Of a DNA stretch of 64,000 nucleotides, positions 21,173 through 31,865 are shown piece after piece. The stretch comes from Carpediemonas membranifera BICM. Lineage: Eukaryota > Protista > Fornicata. Where the stretch lies: positions 940,421 through 1,004,420 of the forward strand of contig JAHDYR010000062.1 in the NCBI GenBank assembly GCA_019828565.1, read 5' to 3'. A program made the translations under genes and the position numbers. Below the pieces are notes generated by a model. That model saw nothing but the letters and a program-made list of their open reading frames with translations, was not told where the DNA came from and did no database searches. The stretch's first letter is position 1. Each line of letters opens with the position of its first letter.

Positions 21173-22742
21173 ATGACGGAACCGAGCCGGACTGAGTATG
21201 GCGTTGTGACGCGCTTCACAGTACTTGATAGCGAGCCATTTGTTGAAATAGACGCACCGCCCGAAGAAGTTACCATATTCAGCGGTCTAATGGCGGAATA
21301 CGAGTTCGTCAGCAGCACAATACTCACACAGGCTGTATGATTCTAGCACAGACAGCGCGATAACGTTTAGAGCACGCGCTGAACACTCATATCTTGGATA
21401 CTCCGTCTCCGCCGAGCTCCAAGCCGACAAGCTCCACCGCATCACTGTCCTGCGGCCCCAGATGATCCCCCCGCCCCGCCCTGCTCTCCACGACGCCCAG
21501 ACCGCCCACATAGGCCGGGTACTGAACTCCCCGCACCGGCTTCCCATGCTGATCGCGAGCACTGCCCCTGACGTCCCCGGCAACAGCGTCGCCAAGACCA
21601 TCCTCCTCGCCCTGGCCCTCGCCCCACCGTCACGGACCCTCACCATGCTCCTGGCCTCACCCACCGCTGGCGTGGGTCGGCTCCTCGCGTTCCTGGGCGC
21701 CCTACCGCACTGCCGCGTCGTCGAGGCGTTCCCCTCCACCGTCACCCCCACCACCCTGCTCCCTCGGGCTGCGGGCAGCAGCGTCAGTGCAGGCAGCATG
21801 GGCTCGGCAGACCACGTCTACCTGGCCCGCCACACCAACCTCCCTCCCGCGGCGGTGCGGGGGCTGGCTGACATGGCGCTCGGTCCCACAACAGTCGCTA
21901 TCACCCGGGGGTCGGTCCGGGTCCACAGCAGGGCGGCCCTCACGGTGCTGGTGGAGACCACAGAGGAGAGGCCGGTCGGCTGGGCATCTGTCCTTAAACT
22001 GCCAGCGACTATGCTGGACGGCATGACGCTGCCAGTGTGGTGGGACTCGGCCAGCCTAGCTCTCCGGGACGTACTCATCTCCAGCACGCTCCTCTCCCGC
22101 CACAGCGCCGTGTCTGGCCCGCGGGCCGAGACGTCGGGCGCCCCCGGGTCTGTCGAGGAAGAGATGGCGCTGGTGAACGATCACGCAGCCGCCCCCATGC
22201 CTCTGGACACGTACTTTGGCGCCATACAGACCCTGCGGCACGGCATGCCGGATATGACCCTGGCGGACGCCGACAGGGCTGTCATCCGCCGGTTCGCAGA
22301 GTCGGTTCGGAGTCAGCTCGACGCCACGGCCTCGCCGGACCTGGAGCTCATGGGAGGCCTGGGGCTGGGGCTGGTCGAGCTGGCGAGAGGGCTTGCGGTG
22401 TTGCGGGGCCGTGACGTTGATCGCACCGTGGTCATCGACGCAGTTCGGCTGGTCAAGATGATGCTCGAAATCCGGTTCCAGTCCCCTGCTGCTGGGGTGC
22501 CGGCCAGCAGGAGTGCCAAGCAGGGAAAGAAGCCGAGCAAGGCGAGGAGCACCAAGGACCTGCTTGCGGCATTGGAGAAGACCGCGAAGGGGCGGGGGTC
22601 GAGCGTCTTCGTCATGCCGGACATCATTGCCATCGGGCAGTCAGTGGGGCTGGACGAGAGCAGCGCGCAGGAGGCGGTTGACCGGCTCAACCAGGCGGGG
22701 GCCCTGGTCCGGAAGCAGGACGGGACGCTCAGGGTTGTGTGA
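21173..22742 (+). CDS. MCM8: Highly divergent MCM8-like protein with degenerate ATPase motifs; intron 21304-21331 (further 5' exons possible)
   Basis: 'IASTAPDVPGNSVAKTILLAL' (MCM SIAPSIYG..VK.AILL), 'TVAITRGSV' (presensor-1 ISIAKAGI), 'LVELARGLA', and an MCM8-type C-terminal winged helix 'AVDRLNQAGALVRKQDGTLRVV'. A 28-nt GTTCGT...CTCACACAG intron restores frame from ATG 21173. Confidence 0.65.
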
Positions 22743-23442
22743 GGCGGGGCGGGTGTAATAAAGTGGCATGGCTGGGGGCATGGGGTCACTGGAGGGCGGG
22801 GAAGAGCATGGGCTAAGAGTGGGCTAAGGTGCGGGGAGGGAACGAACGATGTCTTGGCTGGGGAGCAGAAAGAGACACACGAGGTGAATGCACACTTGAA
22901 ATGATGCAGAATCAGTTGATAGTGGGCACTCATTGCCATTTTCCTGCTGCCGACAGCATTCTGTGACCCTGGATAATTGCTCTCTGCTATCTCTGCTCAA
23001 TGCCAAGCAGATACCATTCCGTGCGCTTTCGATAAGATATTGGAGTAGCCATCCCAAGTAGCATGAATTCCTACTGTCGATGGTTCCACTGTCTGCCCTC
23101 ATTCACAGCCCCTTCACCCAATCTCAAGCCCAAGAGGAGAGCCAGGACATGTGAGACACAAGTCTCCTTATGCGATATGCCTACCCAATCGGCAGCTGGC
23201 AGCCAGCCGCATCTCAGCTCTTCCAGCCACAGCCGAAAGACACGGGCGACAGCCCGCCAATGACAAGCATCAAGAGAAGGCGCCTCAAGCAGACCAGAAT
23301 CGAGGTGAACTGATACTACTACAACTGATTATCAATTGACGAATCGTGCCTAAAACTGCACTGTTTCCGGCATACGCTTAGGTTGTCCAGAACCGCCAGT
23401 TAGCTCTTCATTCACCACAAGCCGGTAGTCAAGAGCGAACTT

Positions 23443-26400
23443 ATGGCAGATCAAGACCTTGACGATCTATTCGGGGGCTTCTTTAGCCATCAGGACATGA
23501 TTGCAACATTTCCAGCTGCAAACACCACTTCGACGCCGAAAGAGAGCGATTCCGTCGACATATCCACTGTTTCATCATATAGTGATGACAATAGTCTATT
23601 CTCCCGCTTCGTAGAAGAGTCCACGGCAAAGCCGACACCGTTGGCGGAAAAGATGAAGCAAAGCGCGCCAAAGCCTCGCCTCCCTCAGAGCAACGCGTCC
23701 ACACCCATCCTCAACATCAACAAGGATGAGCTGACCGATACCGCCGCTGTGAAACCGCTGAAGTTCAAAGGATTCACCCCAACGCCGGAACCGCCCAAGA
23801 AGGCGCGCCACGAGCCTGCCCGCAAGGACGCAGCAATCAAACCGATGAAAGGACCTCTCCGACAGTCTGATATCGACTCGTTTTTCGAGTCCGCCCGCCG
23901 CGCGGCCCCCAAGTCGACCCGGGAGCCGGCCAGCCCTCCCCGCCGGACAACGGATCACGTACCGTTCTTCGAGACAACACAGCAGCCAGCTAAACCCCCT
24001 CCAGTGCGCTCGGGCCCGCCTGTCCGCCAACCCCACGACACGAGTGTCGACGCCTTCTTTCAGAGTACCCGACGCCAGGCACCCCCGCCTAGGGCAACCA
24101 GTCCGCCTATGAAGCGAGCCCGCATGGAGCAACGGACTCCACCGCCCACGGACCCCCGCCTCGAGGCGATGGGGCGGGCGGGTGTTGGTCCGGGCGCTAG
24201 TGTGGGGCACGTGTCGGTCCAGCCCTCAGTGCAGCCGCCGCTGACTGGATCCAACGTGCCCGACGGCTGCCTGCCCATCAGCGTGCTCCCCGCGGAGTAC
24301 CAGGCCATCTTCCCCTACCCCTGCTTCAACCGCGTCCAGTCCGAGGCGTACAGCGCCGTCATGGACGACGGGGCAGCCAGCAACATCATCCTGTCGGCTC
24401 CCACGGGCTCGGGAAAGACCACGATCTTCGAGCTTGCGATGCTGCACCTTGTGATGCGTCATGGCCGGCTCAACGGGGCACATAAGATCATCTACCTCGC
24501 CCCGATCAAGGCGCTGTGCCAGGAGAGGTTTGAGGACTGGAAGGAGCGTCTATGCAAGCCACTGGGCATCACGGCGGTGCTTTTTACGGGCGACGTCGAG
24601 ACGTACCGTCTATCGCACCTCACCAAGGCCGACCTCATTATCGCCACCCCAGAGAAGTGGGATTCCGCCACACGGAAGTACGCCGACCAGGAGAACGTCG
24701 TGGGCTTTACCCAGCTGCTCCTCATCGACGAGATCCACCTGCTGAACGAGAACCGCGGCCCAACTCTGGAGTCCCTCGTGGCCAGGCTCCGCACACTCGG
24801 CGGCTCCCCCCAGTTCGCAGGGTCTGCGCTCGAGACGCTGCGGACGATCGCAGTCTCCGCCACCATCCCCAACATCGAGGACATCGCGGCCTGGCTTGGG
24901 GTGCGGCAGACGGGCCTGCTGAAGTTCGACCAGTCTTACCGCCCCGTCCCCCTCGAGCGGCGGGTGCTGGCGTACCCCGAGGCCAAGAGCGAGTTCTTGT
25001 TTGACCGCAACCTCGACTACAAGATCGCGGACGTCGTCACGCGATACGCTGAGGGTAAGCCGACGCTCATCTTCTGCTCCACCCGCAAGGGGACGGTGCA
25101 GACGGCACAAACACTGGCCCGGGACTGTGAGCTCGAGCTGCGCCACCCCAACTCCACCACGGAGGACCAGGTGCTGTCCGAGCTGATGCGGCAGGGCGTC
25201 GGCTTCCACCACGCCGGGCTCAGCATGTCAGACCGCAGGGCCGTCGAGAGCGCCTTCATCGCGGGCAAGCTGAGCGTGCTCTGCACCACGAGCACGCTGG
25301 CCCTGGGCGTCAACCTGCCCGCCCGGCTCGTCATCATCAAGGGCACGACGATGTACAACAACGGGCGCTGGGAACAGTACGACGCCATGAGGGTCCAGCA
25401 GATGGTCGGGCGGGCGGGTCGGCCGCAGTTCGACCACAGAGGCGTCGCGGTTGTCATGACGAGCGCCGACCAGCGCCATAGATACGAGGATATCGTCAAC
25501 GAGAACGTGCTGGTCGAGAGTGGACTCCATGCCACACTCGCCGAGCACCTCAACGCGGAGGTCGTGATCGGCACCGTCGGTGACCGGGCCGCGGCCGTGT
25601 CGTGGTTGCGGCACACGTTCTACTTCATCCGTGCCCTCCGAGTCCCCGCCCGCTACGGCCTGCCCGGCGCCCTCACCCCCGACGCCATCCAGGAGCACCT
25701 GCTCCGGGTGGTCGACCGCGCCCTGGAGCGTCTTATCGAGGCTGGACTGGTCGTGCTGGACGGCGAGACGGGCGCCATCTCACCCACCGAGGCCGGCAGG
25801 ACCGTGTGCCGCTTCTACGTGGCCCTGGACACCGTCGCCAAGCTCATGGAGCTGCCCACAGACGCTGGACTGCTCGGGGTGCTCGAGGCCGTGTCGCAGG
25901 CCAAGGAGTTCGAGCAGCAGTCGAGCCGCATGAGCGAACGGAAGACGCTGAACGCCCTGTCCAAGAAGGTCCGCTTCCCGTACAAGAAGTCGGTCAAGAC
26001 AGGTCCGATGAAGGTCTGCACGCTGCTCCAGGCCGACCTGCAGAGCCTCGACCCCGAGGAGTTTGCCCTGCGGACCGAGATGTTCAACCTGCGGGACTCG
26101 GCCCACCGCATCCTCATGTGCGCCAGAGACCTCTTCGTCGCCCTCAAGCGGCCGGGGCCCGCCCTCAGTGCGGCAGGACTCAGCAAGGGCATCGCCAGCC
26201 GTCTCTGGCCGGACGCGGACAAGGGGCTTCTGAGGCAGCTGGACGGTGTCGGGCCCGTGATGGTCCGTAACCTGGCCGAGGGCGGCGTGACATCGTTCGA
26301 CCACGTCGCCCAGGCCTCGACGATCAAGCTGGAGCACCTCTGCAGCCGTAACCCGCCGTTCGGAACGAAGCTGCGGGACCAGGTGGGCGCCATCGGACGT

Positions 26401-27291
26401 GTGACGGCCCAGCTCACCGCCCAGCCGTACGACGGGGACTGCGTCGAGCTCAAGGCCGTGCTGTCCGTCCAGACCAGGCCCGCCAAGCCCCAGTGGCTGC
26501 TGCTGCTGGTCACGACGCATGACACGGTGGCGCTGTCCCGCCGCATCAGCACGGGCACAGCGGACGGTGTGGAGGTGCGGTGTCTCGTGCCGACGCCCAC
26601 CGAGAGCCCCGAGATCTCGGTCGACATCATCCATGACAGCGTCGTCGGGGCAGACTGGCGCGGCCAGCTCGTGCCCCAGTGGCCGAAGCCCGTTATGGCG
26701 CCACAGCCCAAAGAGAAGGAGAAGCCGAAGCCGAAGGCGAAGAAGGTCGACCCGCCGACGCCCAAGCCGACGCCGAGGCCGGCCCCACCGACACCTGGGA
26801 TCGAAGTCGTGCAGATGGTGAGCCAGCCGACCAGCCAGGGCAGGTCAGGAGGGTTTACGACAAGCCTGGACCAGCCGGTCGTCGTCCCCACAGGCCCTGG
26901 GCTGCTCAGCCAGGGCCAGCAGTGGGCCCCGCCACCCCAGCCCCAACAGCCCCAGTGGACCCCCACGGGCGGGTTCAGACAGCAGTACCCGCCCCAGCCG
27001 CAGCCTCAGCCTTACCCGCCCCAGCAGCAGTGGCAGTACGCGCCGCCCTCTCTGCAGCGCCCCGGCCCTCCCCAGACACCGATGCGGTCCGCCGTGGCGG
27101 GTTATGCCCAGTCGCCCCACCCCGCGATGCCCCAGCACATGGCCCAGACGATGATGGCGCCTCAACCTATGACGGCGCCCCAGCCGTACCAGGCCTACCA
27201 GCCGCCTCCCCCGCCGACGGCCCCAGTGCAGTTTACGGGGACGGAGGAGGACGACTGGGGGGACGACGAGGACCTGTTCATCGTCAAGTGA
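23443..27291 (+). CDS. HFM1: HFM1/Mer3 meiotic Ski2-like DNA helicase with Sec63 domain
   Basis: 'SAPTGSGKT', 'IDEIHLL', 'VSATIPNIEDIAAWL', 'FCSTRKG', 'HHAGL', 'TSTLALGVNLPA', 'QMVGRAGRPQFD'; single helicase cassette plus Sec63 region; AGTAAA at 27296. Confidence 0.92.
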   Translation: MADQDLDDLFGGFFSHQDMIATFPAANTTSTPKESDSVDISTVSSYSDDNSLFSRFVEESTAKPTPLAEKMKQSAPKPRLPQSNASTPILNINKDELTDTAAVKPLKFKGFTPTPEPPKKARHEPARKDAAIKPMKGPLRQSDIDSFFESARRAAPKSTREPASPPRRTTDHVPFFETTQQPAKPPPVRSGPPVRQPHDTSVDAFFQSTRRQAPPPRATSPPMKRARMEQRTPPPTDPRLEAMGRAGVGPGASVGHVSVQPSVQPPLTGSNVPDGCLPISVLPAEYQAIFPYPCFNRVQSEAYSAVMDDGAASNIILSAPTGSGKTTIFELAMLHLVMRHGRLNGAHKIIYLAPIKALCQERFEDWKERLCKPLGITAVLFTGDVETYRLSHLTKADLIIATPEKWDSATRKYADQENVVGFTQLLLIDEIHLLNENRGPTLESLVARLRTLGGSPQFAGSALETLRTIAVSATIPNIEDIAAWLGVRQTGLLKFDQSYRPVPLERRVLAYPEAKSEFLFDRNLDYKIADVVTRYAEGKPTLIFCSTRKGTVQTAQTLARDCELELRHPNSTTEDQVLSELMRQGVGFHHAGLSMSDRRAVESAFIAGKLSVLCTTSTLALGVNLPARLVIIKGTTMYNNGRWEQYDAMRVQQMVGRAGRPQFDHRGVAVVMTSADQRHRYEDIVNENVLVESGLHATLAEHLNAEVVIGTVGDRAAAVSWLRHTFYFIRALRVPARYGLPGALTPDAIQEHLLRVVDRALERLIEAGLVVLDGETGAISPTEAGRTVCRFYVALDTVAKLMELPTDAGLLGVLEAVSQAKEFEQQSSRMSERKTLNALSKKVRFPYKKSVKTGPMKVCTLLQADLQSLDPEEFALRTEMFNLRDSAHRILMCARDLFVALKRPGPALSAAGLSKGIASRLWPDADKGLLRQLDGVGPVMVRNLAEGGVTSFDHVAQASTIKLEHLCSRNPPFGTKLRDQVGAIGRVTAQLTAQPYDGDCVELKAVLSVQTRPAKPQWLLLLVTTHDTVALSRRISTGTADGVEVRCLVPTPTESPEISVDIIHDSVVGADWRGQLVPQWPKPVMAPQPKEKEKPKPKAKKVDPPTPKPTPRPAPPTPGIEVVQMVSQPTSQGRSGGFTTSLDQPVVVPTGPGLLSQGQQWAPPPQPQQPQWTPTGGFRQQYPPQPQPQPYPPQQQWQYAPPSLQRPGPPQTPMRSAVAGYAQSPHPAMPQHMAQTMMAPQPMTAPQPYQAYQPPPPPTAPVQFTGTEEDDWGDDEDLFIVK

Positions 27292-27324
27292 CGCCAGTAA
27301 ACTTTATACATGCCGACCCACACC

Positions 27325-28467
27325 TCAGCGACCCTCGATCGGGGGCAGCCGCGTCTCCCGGCCTGCGCTGCTGACCCGCTTCACCCGCTCCGCCTTCCTC
27401 GGCTTCGGCAGCTCAGTACCGCCCTCGCTCATGGGCCTCACCGCTGGAACCGGCATGACTGCGCGCGGAGTCGATTTCTGTGCCCCCGACGGCGGCCGAC
27501 CGTCCGGCTTGACCGCGGGGATTGAGACCGACCGAGTCTCGGCGACCCCGGCATTGTCAGGCTTCAGCGTCGCCTGACCCCCAACCCGGAGGTTTTTGAT
27601 GAGCTCCAGGAGCCTGGTCTGCGAGCCACCGTCCAGACGCCCAAAGGTAGCTGACACCTCGATATCGGGGACGACGATAGGCACCTCGAGCTCGGGCTCA
27701 GGCGTGTCGTTGTCGGCGTCACCCTCGGCATCCTCCCCTTCCACCGACTCCGCGGGGATGCGGGGTGTGGGGGGGTTCTCGCCATGGAGCAGCGCCAGGA
27801 TAGTCGGGTCAGTCTGCGCCTCGAGCACCGCTCGGCGGACCTGCTGCGCATCCAGAATGCTCTCGTCCGATTCGATGGCGTCTAGAAGGGTATCGATAGT
27901 TCGGCTATAGTTGTCGAGCGCCTTCTGCGCCCGGATCTCGCGGAGATAGTCTCGCTGCCCAGTCACAGTGCGCCGGCTGCCCTGCCCCGCGAGCATGATG
28001 GCTGCGGTGCTGTCGATCTCAGTCGAACCAGCACGCGAGCTGCGGTAAATGCCCTTCTCCACGGACTGGAGGGTGCTCAGGGAGGACGCAGAGAGCTTCG
28101 CCGAGAGGACTGATGACGGCGGCGGGATGGTAGCAGCGGAGGCGGAGGCCTTTGAGTAGTAGGAGCCCGAGACGGATGTCCCAGGGAGGAAAGAAGAGAT
28201 GGACGTCTTCGGTGTGGCGGGAACCGAGGCGTTCACGGCAGTTAAAAAGGTGTATGCCTCCGAATCGTACTGGCTTTGATCGAGCTTCTTCTCAATTTCC
28301 ATCAGGGACTGTAGCTGTGCAATAGAGGGACGGAAGCCCTCGTTGGGCATCGGATAAGCCGTCATGGGGCCGTTATCCTCAATTTCCGGGTCTATTTCAT
28401 CACATAACGCCTCCATGCGTTGTCTCTGTTCGTCAGCGAGGTCATCTTCTTTCAATAGGGTGGACAT
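27325..28467 (-). CDS. Hypothetical protein
   Basis: ~380-aa ORF with coding-like codon bias; no domain recognised. Confidence 0.65.
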   Translation of the reverse strand: MSTLLKEDDLADEQRQRMEALCDEIDPEIEDNGPMTAYPMPNEGFRPSIAQLQSLMEIEKKLDQSQYDSEAYTFLTAVNASVPATPKTSISSFLPGTSVSGSYYSKASASAATIPPPSSVLSAKLSASSLSTLQSVEKGIYRSSRAGSTEIDSTAAIMLAGQGSRRTVTGQRDYLREIRAQKALDNYSRTIDTLLDAIESDESILDAQQVRRAVLEAQTDPTILALLHGENPPTPRIPAESVEGEDAEGDADNDTPEPELEVPIVVPDIEVSATFGRLDGGSQTRLLELIKNLRVGGQATLKPDNAGVAETRSVSIPAVKPDGRPPSGAQKSTPRAVMPVPAVRPMSEGGTELPKPRKAERVKRVSSAGRETRLPPIEGR

Positions 28468-28705
28468 GGCAATCTGTTGCCCTAGCCTGCACCGACACAC
28501 TCGGTTTGGGGGGACTACAGGGCCTTCCAGTCACGGCCACATGCATGCAGCTTGCGCCTGAGAATAAACACTTTCGCAGACTCATGCTGATTAAAGACCT
28601 CCGAACTCCTTCGCCTCACGCCAAAGTTGACGTTTGAGCTTTGCCCTTCTTCTCCATTCACATGATATGAACAAGTTCTTTAGTTTCCCGACAAGACCCA
28701 TTTAC

Positions 28706-29099
28706 TTAAGCCTGCTGCTGGGCGCGGCGGGCACGAGCGCGGGGGTTCTCACGGACGCGACGCTCGACGGAAGAACGGACGCGGACAACGCGGTGGTGGA
28801 TAGCGCAGGAGACGCAGTACTGCATCTTGTTGTAGAACTTGGGAAGCGCGTACTCTGTATAAACTCACTGAAGGCATATCACAAACTCTCGTACATGGAA
28901 GCATCGCTGACATCACGGACGGCAGCAGACTCGATCATGTTACGGACGGCATAACGCTTGATGGCCTTATCCTTGGGAACGAGGCGAGCGCAGTTGAGGC
29001 AACGGACGTTCTGAACGTGGCCACGGTTCTTCTTGTTTCTCCCTTTGTTAGAATGCATTTGGAACACTACATACCGTTGTTTCTACGCTTAGAGGTCAT
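28706..29099 (-). CDS. RPS26: 40S ribosomal protein S26 (eS26); introns 29043-29074 and 28855-28886
   Basis: Spliced product [38 protein letters not shown]...[26 protein letters not shown]; two 32-nt introns. Confidence 0.97.
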
Positions 29100-30045
29100 T
29101 ACTCGATCGCTTCGCGGAAAGGGTTTGGAGTAGGCGGTTTTTCAATTCGGGGCAAAAATGGCTTTAAACTAAATCACGCTTTTTGAAGCCTTGGTGATCG
29201 CATTGGGGGCTTAGGCGAGTGTCTGCTTGCTTGCGTGTAGAAGGCTGAGGATTATTTTGCCGAATTGAAGGAAGACGACGAGGGGATTGCAAATGAGAGT
29301 GATGATCAGTGAGGCATCAACGAACGTTTATCCACGCAAATTGCTTGCAAATGAGCGGCATTGGAGTACCTAGTTGGATTCGACCGTCAGCGGGACTCAA
29401 CCGGTGAAGTCAACCAGGGGAGACAACCTAAACCACCAGTGTGCCGGTGTATCGTACTTAACTGACAGATATGCACCAAATATAAGCATATTGACTCCAA
29501 ACTGCCTTCACCTGTGCTCTCAACATGCCACTGGTTCACTGGCATCCAATGCTTGAAAATTCATCACAGCAAGACCTGGCAAGCGCATTCGATGAACGCT
29601 AGCTGCGCTTCCAGGGTTGCTAAGAAGGCCATCGTCGGTGCAGGCGGCCGGGTCGCCAACAACGAATATTTCAACGTGACCTCGATTGCATGATGGTGCT
29701 GCAAGGAGAAGTTAATGAATCTGGCTGATATACTGCTCTAAAGCAAACCTAGACCGAATGAAGATCTTGCCTTCACGATGCAAGGAGCAGCATTCATTCC
29801 ATTGAGATGTGGCATGACAGCTCAGCGCCTGCTGATCAGAGGAACATCAAATGCATGAAGCTCGTTAATAACCACCTAAACAGCTCATGATATGCTTTCC
29901 TAACGATTTCAATCCACAATTCGCTACTTCTAGCCTCTTTCTGTTTCGAATTTTCAAAGCCATAAACTGAGCTTCATTTTGACATAGTTATGCAGAAAAG
30001 TATTGCATAAATAATCACCCATTTCAACCATCGAATCTAGTTCTC

Positions 30046-30351
30046 ATGTCTGGCAAGGCTAAGGGAGGCAAGGGTCTCGGCAAGGGCGCCAAGCGCCGCC
30101 ACCGTATTTTCCGCGATAACATCCAGGGTATCACCAAGCCCGCTATCCGCCGTCTCGCTCGTCGTGGTGGTGTGAAGCGTATCTCTGCTGATATCTATGA
30201 TCAGACTCGCACTGTTCTCAAGTCTTTCCTCGAGAACGTTGTCCGCGATGCTGTCACTTACACTGAGCACGCCCGCCGCAAGACCGTCACCTCCATGGAC
30301 GTCGTCTACGCTCTCAAGCGCCAGGGCCGCATGCTCTATGGCTTCGCTTAA
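30046..30351 (+). CDS. H4: Histone H4 (divergent tail)
   Basis: 'KGGKGLGKG', '[25 protein letters not shown]', '[12 protein letters not shown]', '[10 protein letters not shown]'. Confidence 0.99.
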   Translation: MSGKAKGGKGLGKGAKRRHRIFRDNIQGITKPAIRRLARRGGVKRISADIYDQTRTVLKSFLENVVRDAVTYTEHARRKTVTSMDVVYALKRQGRMLYGFA

Positions 30352-30373
30352 TTGCAATCAAACAACCAAAAAC

Positions 30374-30389
30374 GGTGTCATCTGACACC
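30374..30389 (+). promoter_or_regulatory. Histone 3' stem-loop-like element
   Basis: CCAAAAAC-GGTGTC-ATCT-GACACC-AACA: 6-bp stem, 4-nt loop, A/C-rich flanks, 22 nt after the H4 stop. Confidence 0.75.
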
Positions 30390-30581
30390 AACATCTAACC
30401 AAAATCAGTCTTTATAAAGCATGGCAGCCTGAGTCAATGTCTGCTCGGGTGGGACGTCGGTCACTAATACGGCACTGGAAATACCACGTGGCTGACAGAC
30501 CGGAGGGGTAACCTTTCTATGGACGTGCATCCGCGGGATCGCACTCATACGATAAATGGACCAACGCATTCATTCTCAGTT

Positions 30582-31409
30582 TTATTGCGGCGGACCATCG
30601 CCGTCGCGACATTTCCGCCTCCCGTGGCTCCTTCTTCGCCGGGTATCTCTGCTCAACACGCCTTTGTTCTCGTGGAAGATCGCCGGGACTACCATCTTGA
30701 AGGGCCGGCGACTCACCTTCCAGATGGCGCGGTCGCCGGTGCGGCTGATGCCGTCCAGCAACTCCCGGGGGGCGACCCAGCGCCGGGCAATGATGCTTTC
30801 ATCCTTATCTTCGTCATCCCACAAGTCTGCCTTGATCGTCGCATCGACGAAGTACACAAGCACGATCTTCCGCGACCTGCTTGCGTGCACGGCGCATCCA
30901 ACGGCCCAGGGGACGAGGTCCGCGACATACCGCGACTCATTCAGGAACTTGCGGCGGGCCCCCTCCCATTGCGTTTCATCCCTTATCTCGGGCTTGCTGC
31001 CGATCTTACCGCCAGGTAGACCTAAACCTTCCTCGTCCTCCTCGACGAGCAGCACCTGGCCGCCATTTGCCCTGTCCTGGGCGAATACGAAGCAACTGCT
31101 GATATGGAACCTCATGGCGGCCTGGCCGAACGTCATCGAGCCTGGGTCGGCGGCTTTGAGCGCGGCCTCATGGGTTAGCCGTCTTTCGAGCTCATTGATA
31201 GCTTCAGACCGCTCCAGCGGGTCTTTCTTAAGCACAGGGGCGTATAAGTCCCGGATCCCATCGAGTATCTCGCGTGCTGTCATGTGTAACACGATGTTAT
31301 CGGGCGGAGCGAAGTTTCTACACGGGTGAAGCTTCCTTAGCTCATCCATGGTAGGTCTGTGATACTCCTTCTTCATTTCGACTGTTGGAGTGATCGTGCG
31401 TGTCATCAT
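30582..31409 (-). CDS. Nudix-fold protein with degenerate Nudix box
   Basis: 'QVLLVEE...LGLPGGKI...DETQWEGARRKFLNES...LVYFV...RRWV'. Confidence 0.65.
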   Translation of the reverse strand: MMTRTITPTVEMKKEYHRPTMDELRKLHPCRNFAPPDNIVLHMTAREILDGIRDLYAPVLKKDPLERSEAINELERRLTHEAALKAADPGSMTFGQAAMRFHISSCFVFAQDRANGGQVLLVEEDEEGLGLPGGKIGSKPEIRDETQWEGARRKFLNESRYVADLVPWAVGCAVHASRSRKIVLVYFVDATIKADLWDDEDKDESIIARRWVAPRELLDGISRTGDRAIWKVSRRPFKMVVPAIFHENKGVLSRDTRRRRSHGRRKCRDGDGPPQ

Positions 31410-31865
31410 TGTTTGTCATGTTTGACATTCACACACACGACATATATCAGTGCTTCTAGATCATGACCATGCGATCGGAACGTCCATAACTCATCTATAT
31501 GTCGAGTTTTGCCTGGTGCATTTTATGTCCTGACTTCGACTCCAGTTGAAGTCGGATATGGGAGGAGGTGGACAGAACGAACGCGTTGCCGCTGAAGTTT
31601 ATGTGAATCCTCTTTACCTTCTCCGAGCGGCCCTACAGGCTTGCGCGAGGTGCAAGAGGGGACCGCAGGCCATTAATGGGCGGGGTTGGGGGCACTGCCG
31701 GCCAGTCGCTGGACCGTAAATCTCGATATTCCATGACACGTCGGCACATGAAGAGTGCGAGCCAGCCTATGTGCTAGGAGGGCTCGTCGGCGCCTGCACA
31801 CACCGACTTGCTTCAGTTTCGTAGTCCGTCAACGCAATGAATGACACGCTGAACTATGCTGGGGA

